Positions 52,845 through 63,800 of a stretch of DNA of 64,000 bases are shown one piece after another. The translations under genes and the position numbers were made by a program. The stretch comes from a virus. Position 1 is the first letter of the stretch. Each line of letters starts with the position of its first letter. The stretch is from IMG/VR virus record IMGVR_UViG_3300045988_176431, positions 190,366 through 254,365 of that record, one strand, 5' to 3'. Below the pieces are notes generated by a model, which made no database searches, had not been told where the DNA came from, and was given only the letters and a program-made list of their open reading frames with translations.

Positions 52845-54779
52845 TTAATCATTATGACCTTTGAATTTTAATTTAAAATAATAATCACTGGAATCTTTTC
52901 CTCTCACAACTTCAATAAAAGGAGCACCAGCCCAAGTATATCCAGAACCTCCTATTTTAGGATTATATGTTCTAAGATATTTTGTTGTATCACTAACACG
53001 TGAATTTAAGTTAAATTCAATCAATGCCATTGGATTAAAATCTTCTTTTAAAGAATATTGATAAGTGATCGATACTTCTGGTGAAGATAATACGTTTCCT
53101 TTCGACCAACTATAAGAACTAGATGGGACATTAACTGGAAATATTCCATAATATTTTGACCAGAATAAAATCGTCTCACCATCTTCTGCTGTTAAAATAT
53201 AATAACAACTACAAGCATAATCTAATACTTTATTCCATAAATATTCTTTTTTCGGATACCAATATCCTAAATAAACATTTGAGATATAATCTGTCCATAA
53301 TTTATGAAGATGAAAAATATCCAATTCTCTATTATCAGTATATTGAATGGATACCTCACCATTTGCTTTTGATTCTGTATTACTTTTACCAAAAGCAATT
53401 TGATTTTTCTTAAAAGTCTGACCCGATACATCTGTCACAAGAGATTCATCTGTTAATGAAAATTCTTGTGCTTTATTCGATAAAAACATAGAAAAGTCAT
53501 TTTTACTATCATTTTGTGATAAGCAATCAAGAAGTCTTTTTCTATGGTTGTAAGCATATTGGAAATTAGGGTCTGCTTTTGTTTTATCATTCAAAGTACG
53601 ACCAGATTCACCATAAATATTACAATCAGGTTTTGTGAAAAATACATGAGCAAAACCTCTAGATAAGTAATCATCTGCTTGTGCTAATTTAAAACGATTA
53701 TAACGAGTAAACATATTATCATATAATTCATCAGGAGTTCTTACATTGAAATTTATATTTTTATATAAAGTTTCCATGTCTTTCTTTAAATCAGCACTCA
53801 TACTTTTTTCTAAATCTCCATTAAAGACTTCATCTGTCTGATAGTCCATATAGTAATTATATTTATAAGGTGACTTTTTATTTCCTGTACTAGGAAATTT
53901 TTTTGAATTTTGTACAATCTTAGGTCTATGATGAGTAATATCTGCAACTGACGTTCTAAAATTATTTTTTGGTTTAAGAAGATTATCTGTTGCTTTATTA
54001 CTAAACTTTGTAGCATAATTACTATTCTGTTTTCGTTTACCACCATAAACACTATAAGTTTCTTCATCAATATATCCTATTGTAACAATCTTATTCTGAC
54101 TATTCTTTAACCCAACAGGAACCTGAATATTAAAATCTTTACCTGAAGTTGGTGCTGCAAAAAATTGTAAAAAGTTTCTTCCAAAGTATTGATAAGAGCT
54201 TTTTAACTGAAATAATGCATCACCAAATTCTTTTACTTTTTTAGGGTCCAGTTCACCATTTGTCGTTATTACTTCGATATTATTACGAAATAATAAATTT
54301 ACAAAATTATTTCTTGAATTCTTGTAGATTAACCACCCATCTGTAATATCTTTTGGTTGTTTTCGATCATCTAATGTAACCGAATATATCCAAATTGTTC
54401 CGTTATCATCAATCCTAAAATGTGACGTAACTTGAACTGTATCATCAATTGAAAAACGTTTTACAGTCTTTGCTCCTGCACTTGCTTTTTCATACATACG
54501 AAGTCCCATTTTGCAATTAGGATTAATAATAGAACCTACGGTAGGGTAACAAGTCATAGTATGCTTACCAGACTTTTTATCAAAATATAAATAATAACGA
54601 TCTGTGTTTGGTGAATATATCCAACGATTTCCATCTTTATCTTCTATAACACATCTTGTATCAACAAAAAATTTTTTGATACTTTTTCCTAAATCATATT
54701 CCTTTGATTCTCCAATTATCTCAACTTCTTTTACACCAAAATCAATATCTTCATTTAATTTTGCATAACTAATCGACAT
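52845..54779 (-). CDS. hypothetical 644-aa virion-like protein
   Basis: Long ORF and first gene of the minus-strand block. No catalytic motif recognised. Confidence 0.55.
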   Translation of the reverse strand: MSISYAKLNEDIDFGVKEVEIIGESKEYDLGKSIKKFFVDTRCVIEDKDGNRWIYSPNTDRYYLYFDKKSGKHTMTCYPTVGSIINPNCKMGLRMYEKASAGAKTVKRFSIDDTVQVTSHFRIDDNGTIWIYSVTLDDRKQPKDITDGWLIYKNSRNNFVNLLFRNNIEVITTNGELDPKKVKEFGDALFQLKSSYQYFGRNFLQFFAAPTSGKDFNIQVPVGLKNSQNKIVTIGYIDEETYSVYGGKRKQNSNYATKFSNKATDNLLKPKNNFRTSVADITHHRPKIVQNSKKFPSTGNKKSPYKYNYYMDYQTDEVFNGDLEKSMSADLKKDMETLYKNINFNVRTPDELYDNMFTRYNRFKLAQADDYLSRGFAHVFFTKPDCNIYGESGRTLNDKTKADPNFQYAYNHRKRLLDCLSQNDSKNDFSMFLSNKAQEFSLTDESLVTDVSGQTFKKNQIAFGKSNTESKANGEVSIQYTDNRELDIFHLHKLWTDYISNVYLGYWYPKKEYLWNKVLDYACSCYYILTAEDGETILFWSKYYGIFPVNVPSSSYSWSKGNVLSSPEVSITYQYSLKEDFNPMALIEFNLNSRVSDTTKYLRTYNPKIGGSGYTWAGAPFIEVVRGKDSSDYYFKLKFKGHND

Positions 54780-55037
54780 CTATTTCACCACCTTTAAAAC
54801 CTTATATTTTTCATTAGATTATTGTTTTTTGATTGAATTTTGTGCTAAATGAAATATAGACTTTACTTATACATAAATATAACGAGATGTAAATTCAGAA
54901 ACTATTAATTTGTCTACAGATTAGTATAAAATATACTTAGTGTAGTTTAAAATTTAAACACACAACAGCCCTGTTTTATATAACTTTTTAAAATATTCAT
55001 TCAATTATCAAAAGCAAAGCAATTTACATCTTAATAG

Positions 55038-55117
55038 AATCACAATCTTAAGTTAAGATCGAAATCCTCAATTAAAAATTATTTTTTGATTTCTTGGATC
55101 TTCTTAAGATTGTGATT
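55038..55117 (+). promoter_or_regulatory. long imperfect hairpin in a divergent intergenic region
   Basis: Perfect 15-nt arms aatcacaatcttaag (55038-52) and cttaagattgtgatt (55103-17), with partly complementary inner segments, followed by T6. Confidence 0.4.
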
Positions 55118-55186
55118 TTTTATGTCTTGTAAATAATTATATATTATATTATTAGAATACTATAGAAAGCGAGGTAATTTATTATT

Positions 55187-55462
55187 ATGAGTAATGATGA
55201 AAATGAAGCAGATAACAAGATTGCAGCGATAGCAAAAGTAGCAGGAACAGTTGCTGGAATTGTAACAAGTGATGCAGGGAAGAAATTCTTATGTGGAACA
55301 TATTCAGATGGAACACCGAGATCACTAACAGATGCTCTAAATGGTGAAATTATATCACCAGAAGACAGAGGAAAGAAAATAAAAAAGTATGAAAAGAAAA
55401 AGAAAAAACTTAAAAAGAAAAAGAAGAAAATGAAAGATTTTAATGGAGGTTTCCAGTTATGA
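55187..55462 (+). CDS. small protein: Gly/Ala hydrophobic N-half + poly-Lys tail
   Basis: ATG follows AGCGAGGTAA. Contains ..KIAAIAKVAGTVAGIVTSDAGKK.. then KKIKKYEKKKKKLKKKKKKMK. Confidence 0.5.
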   Translation: MSNDENEADNKIAAIAKVAGTVAGIVTSDAGKKFLCGTYSDGTPRSLTDALNGEIISPEDRGKKIKKYEKKKKKLKKKKKKMKDFNGGFQL

Positions 55463-55599
55463 TGAACATAGCAATTCTTACTCTATTAAAAAATGCATCC
55501 AAAATGTTGGTTGAAATACGAAATGAAGGACGTACTTCTCCAACATTTAAAAAACTTAAAAAACAAAACAAAAAGAAAGATAAAGTGATAATTAAGTAA
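55459..55599 (+). CDS. 46-aa micro-ORF (not in ORF track), hydrophobic N-terminus + Lys-rich tail
   Basis: ATG 55459 overlaps the upstream stop (ttATGAtg), and GGAGG lies 8 nt upstream. MMNIAILTLLKNASKMLVEIRNEGRTSPTFKKLKKQNKKKDKVIIK, followed by a terminator. Confidence 0.35.
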   Translation: MMNIAILTLLKNASKMLVEIRNEGRTSPTFKKLKKQNKKKDKVIIK

Positions 55600-55608
55600 A
55601 GAAAAAAA

Positions 55609-55646
55609 TAAGAGAGATAAATAGTAAATACTATTTATCTCTCTTA
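55609..55646. terminator. bidirectional terminator
   Basis: taagagagataaatag/ctatttatctctctta 16-bp stem between convergent genes. Confidence 0.85.
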
Positions 55647-55650
55647 TAAT

Positions 55651-55911
55651 TTACTTAATTTTTTTTCGTATATAGACGTTATTTTTTATCTCACAAACGT
55701 CTAAAATAATTTGTAAAACAATCTTAGGTATGGATAAAGTCCTGATTAGATTATTTATATTTTTTTTCGTTTCATTTGAGACGATAATTTCGTTCGCTGA
55801 TGCATTGCGAGTGAAATCAATGCTGTTTTCTTCTAATAATGAAGCAATATCATCCATGATATTATTTATTTCTTTACAACTCTCCATTACTTCAGAATAC
55901 TCTTTCATCAA
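55651..55911 (-). CDS. hypothetical small protein
   Basis: 86-aa ORF. The RBS is AAGAAAGGTAGGTGA on the minus strand. Confidence 0.5.
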   Translation of the reverse strand: MMKEYSEVMESCKEINNIMDDIASLLEENSIDFTRNASANEIIVSNETKKNINNLIRTLSIPKIVLQIILDVCEIKNNVYIRKKIK

Positions 55912-55964
55912 GATTCACCTACCTTTCTTGTTTATTAATTATATTGTAACGAATGTTTTAAAAA

Positions 55965-56990
55965 TCAATTACCTTCTTTTGAAGTATCCTCATTAAATAT
56001 ATCTTTTGTTTCTTCATCTGATGTATTTTCGTTATCTTCTGTTTTAGAACCAGTATCTTCAGTTCCTGATGAATCGGTTGTAGATCCACTAGATTCTCCG
56101 GTTCCCGATGAACCACTTGCAGGTCCACTAGGTTTTTCAGTTTCTGATGAATCGGTTGTAGATCCACCAGGTTTTTCAGTTACTTTATTATTTTCTGTAA
56201 TGATATTTAAAATTGTATCTCTATCATAAGTAATAAAGTAATTATTCAATATTATAGAAATCTTAAGAGTTAAATTTCTAAATCTATTTTCAATATAGAT
56301 TGGATCTAATTCAATTCCTTCATTCTTAGCATCAAATACTACAATGTCTTGAGGTTTTTTATAATTCATTTTATATGTCTCACGAGTAACAGCAACCCCT
56401 TCTGAACATTTATGGAAAATATCCATTCTATCATTTAATCCATTTATATAAGCATCTTTATCATATACAATCTCGTGAACGATAATATTTCTTATAACTA
56501 AAACAAACTGTTTGTTTGGATTACCCATGATTCCACATGGGACACTTTCTCGATAATTAAATTTAAATGGAATATTGATATATTTTATCAATCGATGATG
56601 CATCTCGTTTTCAGCATTTGTTCCAAGAATTCGAAACATATTAAATGCTTCTGATTTACTACAATGACGAACCATTACACCTTCGTCAAGCACTTTGTTT
56701 TCAGATAGCAGTATAAAATCAATTGCTACTTCAAAAAATGGTTCAAGTGTACCAATTGAAAGAATTTTATTTTCTTTTAAATATGTAGTAATATCATCTA
56801 CTACTTCTTTATTTGTTTTATAATCATCATTAATCAATCCAAGATTAATATTAACAGAAGCTTCGTTATTTGCTTCTGAATATCGATAGTTAATTTGTCG
56901 TTCTTTCACATCTATATTTTGATAACAATTACTAGGTTCCTCATTTAACAAATATACATTATTACCATATTTTGCAAATAATCCTTTCAT
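55965..56990 (-). CDS. hypothetical protein with S/T/G/E-rich repetitive C-terminus
   Basis: 341 aa. The tail is ..TEKPGGSTTDSSETEKPSGPASGSSGTGESSGSTTDSSGTED.., encoded by a direct repeat ctgatgaatcggttgtagatccac (near 56066 and 56143). Confidence 0.55.
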   Translation of the reverse strand: MKGLFAKYGNNVYLLNEEPSNCYQNIDVKERQINYRYSEANNEASVNINLGLINDDYKTNKEVVDDITTYLKENKILSIGTLEPFFEVAIDFILLSENKVLDEGVMVRHCSKSEAFNMFRILGTNAENEMHHRLIKYINIPFKFNYRESVPCGIMGNPNKQFVLVIRNIIVHEIVYDKDAYINGLNDRMDIFHKCSEGVAVTRETYKMNYKKPQDIVVFDAKNEGIELDPIYIENRFRNLTLKISIILNNYFITYDRDTILNIITENNKVTEKPGGSTTDSSETEKPSGPASGSSGTGESSGSTTDSSGTEDTGSKTEDNENTSDEETKDIFNEDTSKEGN

Positions 56991-57006
56991 CTCTTTTCTT
57001 CCTTTC

Positions 57007-57600
57007 TTATTTCATTATTTTTTTCTTATTAAATTTTGAATCAAAGTCTTTCATATAACGAATTGTAACTTCGATTCTTGGTTTTACAGAGTAATACTTT
57101 TCAGATACTCCTTTGTAAATGAGTCCATCATCATATAATAATGAGCCCTTAATCATATCCGTATATGTCTTTACCAAATTATCAAAATCAGGTAAAAACG
57201 GATAAACAAAACCAAGTTCTGCTAAAACTTTTTCTAAATTATTCATTGATTTTGGAATTGGTAAATAAGATTTACAATAAAACTCACAAGGAGTATAAAT
57301 CATATTAAAATCAGATTTTACTAATTCTCTTTGAAAAAGTTTTTTATTATCACTAGCTCCTTTTACATAAAAGAAACCATTACTTGTACTTCTTGGTCTT
57401 GGAGTTGCTTTTGGAAGTAAATAAATTGTATAATTTATTTCTTCATAATTTCGATTCATACATTTTTTAATTTCATTTATTATCTTTCCTTTTAATGATA
57501 TATTTGATTTAAAAGTTGATAATAAATAATCAAGTCTTCCAATCTTATCTTTTGGAATATGTCCATATTCTTTTATATAATCTTTTTCTATCTTTAACAT
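57007..57600 (-). CDS. rusA: RusA-like Holliday junction resolvase with N-terminal extension
   Basis: YLLPKATPRPRST..GFFYV and PDFDNLVKTYTDMIKGSLLYDDGLIY match RusA motifs (..pRpR.. / DxDNxxKxxxDxL..DDxxI). The start is moved to ATG 57600 (AAAGGGGA plus 5 nt), which removes the 68-nt overlap. Confidence 0.6.
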   Translation of the reverse strand: MLKIEKDYIKEYGHIPKDKIGRLDYLLSTFKSNISLKGKIINEIKKCMNRNYEEINYTIYLLPKATPRPRSTSNGFFYVKGASDNKKLFQRELVKSDFNMIYTPCEFYCKSYLPIPKSMNNLEKVLAELGFVYPFLPDFDNLVKTYTDMIKGSLLYDDGLIYKGVSEKYYSVKPRIEVTIRYMKDFDSKFNKKKIMK

Positions 57601-57613
57601 ATTTGTCCCCTTT

Positions 57614-59668
57614 TTATAAGCCTGTAAAACTATAAAGTAAATCGTCGATTTTTTGTCCAACTTTACCAACTTCACTATCAATAATATCTGCAGGCATATT
57701 TTTAAAGTTATCTAAGAATAAACTAACTTTTGTGCTAAACTTATTCTCTAATAAGTTTAGTCCACATTGTGTTGCTAAATACTCAATTAAACTACTATTA
57801 TTAACAAACATAACCGGATGAGATGCTGGTGTCATAGCCATATCTGGATATAAATCAGTAATATTCAAAGTTACTGTTCCACCCATATATAAACCATCAG
57901 CATTCATATTTTCGTCATGTGTAATTGAAATATCAGTTACAATACCTAGATTACAGTTAATAACACCTTTCATAAATACTTTTACTAAGAACGGTGAAGT
58001 ATAACTATTTGCACCAGTCGCTCTAGGCATTGCTAATGCTAAAATATGCATAAGTGGTACTAAATAATCAAAATAATAAGAGTATTTATTACCATAGACA
58101 CATTTTAACGGAATTGTTACAGTAATACTTGCCGTACGTGATGAACCAGAATAAATATCTGGCATACTTACATTATCACCCTTAACAATATTTTGTCCAA
58201 ATGATGTAATTCTTTCAACCAAACTTCCAGCACCAGATGTAATCTTTCCAGCTACATCTCCTAAAAGTCCACCTACTTCTTTAATCACAGTTTCACCAAG
58301 TTTCTGAATTCCAGATTGATCGACACCACCAGAATTTGTTAAAAATGCGATTTCTTTCATAGCTGAACTTGCTTGATCTAACATTCCTTTGAATGATGAT
58401 TGTTGAGTCGAATTTGATATACTTTCACTATAGTTTGTATTCGTTGGATCACAATAAAACTGCATATAATGTACTTTTCTACCAAGTGTCTCCATAATAG
58501 ATAATTCATCATTACTCATATCAGTTGTATTATCATTTACATCCAAGTTTGAATCTTGACTATATCCTTTATCAATACCAGCAGTACCTTTTTTGCTTTT
58601 TGGATTATAAACTGGTTCATAATTTTTTATTGTACTATCACTAACAGCATGTTTTTTTCCAGCACCAGGAATTGCACCATTATATTTACTTGCATCAGCC
58701 GCTTTATTTTCTTTATCATATCCCATCAGGTAATCCATAATACTGCTACCACTATCTTTTAAATCTCCAAATACAGTTTTTGCTATATCTTTTGCAGCAG
58801 TTAAAGCCATTCCAGCAGCAGAACCAACACTACTATGATAATCACTTCCATCCCATCGATAATCTTTCCAATCCATTGTTAATAAATTCGGATAATCACC
58901 ATTTACTTTATAATATTTCTCTTCTTTATTTAAGTCTAACTCTAAAAAAGATGCACATGCACGACATAATACATTTACATATTGCATACATTCAATATAC
59001 GCTGATTGAAAATCATACAATCGTAAATCTTTTCCACTCAAATCAGCATCTGCACTAATTTGTTTTAAAGCACCTAAACTACCCACAGTAGCCTCTAAAA
59101 AAGACTGTGTGTATCCTGCTTTATTTTTTTCACCTGGAAGATATTTTGGCTGCCCAGGCATAATTGTAACAACGGGTGCATCTAATACAAAGTTTTTCAA
59201 ATATTTTCTACCAAGTTTTTTATTTACATCTTCAACTCTTGTATCAACAGAATTTAAAAATTGATAAGGAATACCGAATAATTGCATTGTTTTATTAATA
59301 GCACCATTCGTATTTAAATCACTTTTTGTATATTTTGATAACTGATTTACTTGTTTTGATACAGTTTTCCATGAACCTTTTTTAGTTTTTTCCGATGATG
59401 TTGAAGTTTTTACTTTTTTCTTACCTTTTGTATAATCTTCTTTCTTCTTTTTATTTGTGAGCATAAACCATCCATCTTCTGTATAACCCCAACTATTACC
59501 GTTACTATCAGTACTTGTTTTTATTACAACTACTTTTGTATCTTTTAAATAATCACCAAGTTTAATTGATGAAGTATTTGCTTCTTGATATAGTCCGACC
59601 TTTTTTTTGATTGTAGTTTCATAAGAACTACTAGTCGTTTTTTTCTTTGTTTTCTTTTTTTCAGCCAT
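57614..59668 (-). CDS. hypothetical 684-aa virion-like protein (N-terminal SH3-like segment)
   Basis: K-rich N-terminus, then VGLYQEANTSSIKLGDYLKDTKVVVIKTSTDSNGNSWGYTEDGWFML (SH3b-like). The rest is unrecognised. Confidence 0.5.
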   Translation of the reverse strand: MAEKKKTKKKTTSSSYETTIKKKVGLYQEANTSSIKLGDYLKDTKVVVIKTSTDSNGNSWGYTEDGWFMLTNKKKKEDYTKGKKKVKTSTSSEKTKKGSWKTVSKQVNQLSKYTKSDLNTNGAINKTMQLFGIPYQFLNSVDTRVEDVNKKLGRKYLKNFVLDAPVVTIMPGQPKYLPGEKNKAGYTQSFLEATVGSLGALKQISADADLSGKDLRLYDFQSAYIECMQYVNVLCRACASFLELDLNKEEKYYKVNGDYPNLLTMDWKDYRWDGSDYHSSVGSAAGMALTAAKDIAKTVFGDLKDSGSSIMDYLMGYDKENKAADASKYNGAIPGAGKKHAVSDSTIKNYEPVYNPKSKKGTAGIDKGYSQDSNLDVNDNTTDMSNDELSIMETLGRKVHYMQFYCDPTNTNYSESISNSTQQSSFKGMLDQASSAMKEIAFLTNSGGVDQSGIQKLGETVIKEVGGLLGDVAGKITSGAGSLVERITSFGQNIVKGDNVSMPDIYSGSSRTASITVTIPLKCVYGNKYSYYFDYLVPLMHILALAMPRATGANSYTSPFLVKVFMKGVINCNLGIVTDISITHDENMNADGLYMGGTVTLNITDLYPDMAMTPASHPVMFVNNSSLIEYLATQCGLNLLENKFSTKVSLFLDNFKNMPADIIDSEVGKVGQKIDDLLYSFTGL

Positions 59669-59735
59669 TCTTTTTCACCTGCCTTTATCTTAATATTTTG
59701 TTCTCTGACTATTTTTCGTTCATAATGACATAAAA

Positions 59736-59765
59736 AGAATCTAATACCTTTCAGTATTAGATTCT
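59736..59765 (-). terminator. hairpin terminator
   Basis: agaatctaatac/gtattagattct stem just after the stop of gene 59778-60386. Confidence 0.65.
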
Positions 59766-59777
59766 CTTTGCTTCTCT

Positions 59778-60386
59778 CTAGTGTTTGGTTGGGAGATTCC
59801 TGAGTTCGGTCATGATTTTATCAATAAAATCATCACTTTCATCTCCCAGTTCTTCTAAATATTTTTTATATAATCTTTCAATGTTTTGTAAAGTAATCAA
59901 ATCAATCACTTTACCTTCCCACTTATAATATTCGCTCATAATAAATGAGCGAATCGTTTCTTTATCAGAATCTATCAAAATATGAATATTCTTCATAATA
60001 TTATCAATGGAATCTAATATTTTATTAATATTCATTTGATACCCATTTATTTGATTTTCGATTTTATCAATTTCAATATCGTTACTCTCTACATTACATT
60101 GAACTTTTTTAATTTTATTATCTACATATTTTTTCATTTCAATATTTTGTTGTTCAATGGTTTCTTCCAATGAATTCATTTTACTCAATAGCAAATTAAT
60201 ATTATTACTTTCTTCCTCTTCTTTTTTATTCTTTAAAGCTATTTCACCACCCTCATCACTTATTTCTTTTTTTGTATCTTTCCATTTTTTACGATAAGTA
60301 AAAATCAGTGTACCAACACTAAAAAGAAATAATAAAAATGAACCAGCAGGAAAAGCATTCAAAACATCAACAATTGTTTTATCCAC
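59778..60386 (-). CDS. N-terminally membrane-anchored coiled-coil protein
   Basis: TM-like AFPAGSFLLFLFSVGTLIFTY followed by K/E/N-rich heptad-like sequence. Immediately downstream of the tail lysin gene. Confidence 0.5.
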   Translation of the reverse strand: MDKTIVDVLNAFPAGSFLLFLFSVGTLIFTYRKKWKDTKKEISDEGGEIALKNKKEEEESNNINLLLSKMNSLEETIEQQNIEMKKYVDNKIKKVQCNVESNDIEIDKIENQINGYQMNINKILDSIDNIMKNIHILIDSDKETIRSFIMSEYYKWEGKVIDLITLQNIERLYKKYLEELGDESDDFIDKIMTELRNLPTKH

Positions 60387-60514
60387 AAGAATCTCACCTC
60401 AATTCTTTATTAAAATTTTCTTATTTATATGTTTCTAGATATTCAGAAACCCTTTTTATCTAAAGAATATTGTATACAGATACTTAATTAAAAAAGAAAG
60501 TGGGTGAAAATAGA

Positions 60515-60799
60515 GTGATAAATTATAATGAACTACCTTTAGTATACGGAAGATTAAATCCTGAAATTGCAAAAGGATTTGAAAAGATTGTAAGTAATAT
60601 TCAACCAATGATGTATGTTCCAATAGAATCTTTAAAATCTCAATTAAGTGATATAAAATGGCAATATGAGATTACGGCGAAAATAATAGACCCAGAATCA
60701 GATATTGAAATTGGAACAGCAGTTGTTACAATATTAAAAAAATATGATGAAAAAAATCATGAAAATAGTTACAAATTAATTGATTATAAAGAACAGTAA
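60515..60799 (+). CDS. hypothetical small protein
   Basis: The tool's GTG 60500 lies inside the RBS GAAAGTGGGTG. GTG 60515 (MINYNELPL..) has 8-nt spacing. Confidence 0.4.
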   Translation: MINYNELPLVYGRLNPEIAKGFEKIVSNIQPMMYVPIESLKSQLSDIKWQYEITAKIIDPESDIEIGTAVVTILKKYDEKNHENSYKLIDYKEQ

Positions 60800-60801
60800 A
60801 T

Positions 60802-60839
60802 AAATGAGTAAGGTGCTTAAATAAGCACCTTACTCATTT
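60802..60839. terminator. bidirectional terminator
   Basis: aaatgagtaaggtgctta/taagcaccttactcattt 18-bp stem between convergent genes. Confidence 0.85.
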
Positions 60840-60842
60840 TCT

Positions 60843-63800
60843 TTATCCTCTAGCCAACATTGCAGCTAGTTTAGAATTTCTATCATTAATATTTTTGCCA
60901 GTTGCTGTTGTTCCTGACTGGTTACTCGTATTATAGATATTATTGTTTGTAACATTATTCATCTGATTATTTGATGCATTTCTTAAGTTCTGAAGTTCTT
61001 TCTGGGAAGATGATGTTGATTTATCAATTGACTCTAATACAGAGACTGCTTTCTCAAGAATCTCTTCGAGTTTCTTTGTATCAATCACATTCATTATATT
61101 ATTTCCAGATTTATTTGTTGTATTTACATGAACTGTTCTATTTACATCAAATGTATTTGTTTTCTTATATTGTGGATTGAAGTAACGTTCTGATGTTTCA
61201 TTCAGATAAGTATCTGTTCCTTCACCTTCACCATTACCACCAACTTTATCACCATACTTATTCATCATCTTCTTTGCATAAGCAATACGACGTGAAAAAT
61301 GTGGTTTTCCTGCACGCTCGAATGCAGCTTCGAATACTTTGGTAGCTTCGGTTGGATCAGTCATTTGTTTATATCCTTCAAATCCACCTTTAACAGGTTT
61401 TACTGAATAGTGTTTATTATCTGTATCAGTCATATTCCAAGGATTATGTTGCAAATATCCAATTTTACCAGCAAATCGTTTATTAAGATCTGCACTTTGC
61501 ATTTCACCAAGGGCATACTCTAATTGAACACCAATATCTTTCCAACTTTTATTACGTTTTTTGGCTTTCTTTAAAAGACCTCCAAAGCGTCCATTTTTTT
61601 TATTATAGTTTTCCCATTGGAAAATACCAGCCGCTGGACCAGCACCATTTCCCTGAATTGATTTTGGATTTACACCAGATTCTTGATACATATTACCAAG
61701 AATACCCGCAGTAGCAGCTGGTGAGAAACCGTTATTCGTAAAGAAGTTCCATACTTGTTCTGATTCATTATTACCTGATATACTAGTATCAATTTTACCA
61801 TCACTAGTACCGGATGTATTATCAGTAGTGTCATTACCACTAGAAGAGGAATCAGTGGTATTACCATCAGCATTGAAATTGTAATCCCATTTACCTGTTG
61901 TGATACCATTCATTGCTTTTTCAGAAAATTGTGTAAATAAATTTGTGAATTTATCACTAAAGGATGTGATTGCATTATCACTACTAGATTCTGTAGTAGA
62001 TGAATTGGAATCACTTGAACTATCTGCAGTTCCAACCTGACCATTAAATGATGATGAACCATCATATTTTGGATGTCCAAAGCCAGATATTCTTCTATTA
62101 CTCTTATAGTTATATTTCTTTTCAGCAACACATCCACCGTTTCTGTTAAATTTACCAGGAGAAGTATTACCTTCAACTGTTGTGATTGTATTTCCATCTA
62201 CTGCAACAACGATACCAGTATGAGATGAACCAGCTCCTAAGAAAAATACAACGTCACCAGGTTGTGGTTTCATATCAAGACGTCCTGCTTTTTTGAAAGC
62301 ATTTGAATTATCTCTACATGCTTGAGTATTTGCACCACAAAGAACTTCTTTTGCTTTTTTCTTATCACCATTTGCAGCTTGTATGAAACACCAGTTTACA
62401 AATGTAGCACACCAATATAATCCATTTGCAACACCAATATCTCTTGCATACTTTGTAAAGTTTTTAGTACCATGATTTGCTTTTTTATCATCTAACTTAG
62501 AATTAGTCTGCTTTTCACAATATCCAACTTCACCTTTTGCTATTTTAATAACATCTTCAGCAGTAAATGTGTTTTTATCACCATGTCCACCAATTCGTTT
62601 TGTTATCTTTTTAATTGTATGTCCAGGACTTTCAAATGTCCAACCAATTCGTGTTTCCTTTGCTAAGTCTTCTGGAGAAATTGGAACAGATTTACTCTTT
62701 CCACGTGGGTCATTGATTAAGATGTTTCCATTTTTATCACGACCTACAGCAACTACATAATGTCCAGATTTCGTATAAGCAGAGTCTTTTGATCCTGATG
62801 TAATACCGTTCAGAATCATTGGTCGACCTTTATCCATTTGTCCAATAATATATTCAGCACTAGGTGTATCTTGTTGTGTAGTATCTAATCCATATTTTTG
62901 TGATTCATAATCAATGAAGTTAGCATTTGTACCAGTCTCATCACGATATCCTGATTTAATTGCATCATCTGCAATTGTTGTAGGATCAATCTTTCCTCCT
63001 TTTAACTGATTAGCAACCATCGCAAATGCAGTTGGTCCACAACCAGATTTACCAAATGAGGAAGAATGTTTACCATCTTTCGATCCGTACTTATTACCAC
63101 TCCATTTTTTGTCTTTTTGTGAGAAATAAGAGAATCCATTTACTTCTTCTCCATTTCCACCATTTTCGTCATCTTCATTTTCTCCATTACCACCAGTTTT
63201 CTTCTGGTTAGCCATAGATTTTTTAGCAGCATCTTTTCCACCAGGAACGATTGCGGCTGTTTGTTTTGTTACCTTTCCAGTGGTCTTTGAAACTTCATCG
63301 CCACCACCACCAAAGAAATTAGTGATTCCACTCCACAAAGATGAAGCACCATCTTTAATTTTATCCCATCCTTTAGAAACAGCATTTTGGAATTTTTCAC
63401 CAATTTTCTGTAAACCAGATTTATCTGTTATCTCTGTTTGAACGAGTGTACCATTTTTAATTTTACTATTAATTTCTTTGATTTTTTCTTTATCTTTAAT
63501 CTTGTCTTCTAAGATACCACCAGTTGCACTATAATGAGTCCATGTTTTATCATTATTAAGTATATAGTAGTCACCTTCAGGAGACATATAACCTTGTTTT
63601 TTTGAACTTGTAAAGAAACTCTTGACTGATCCTAATGGGTCTTTTGCAAATTTAACGAATCCATCTTTTAATTCACCAAATTTTTCTTTTACGCCACCAG
63701 CAAAACTCTTGAGTCCTTCCCATCCTTTCTTAATACCACCAGTTAAACCATTCCATGCTTTACTAGCAAGATTCTTAATACCAGATTTTTTAACTTTCTC

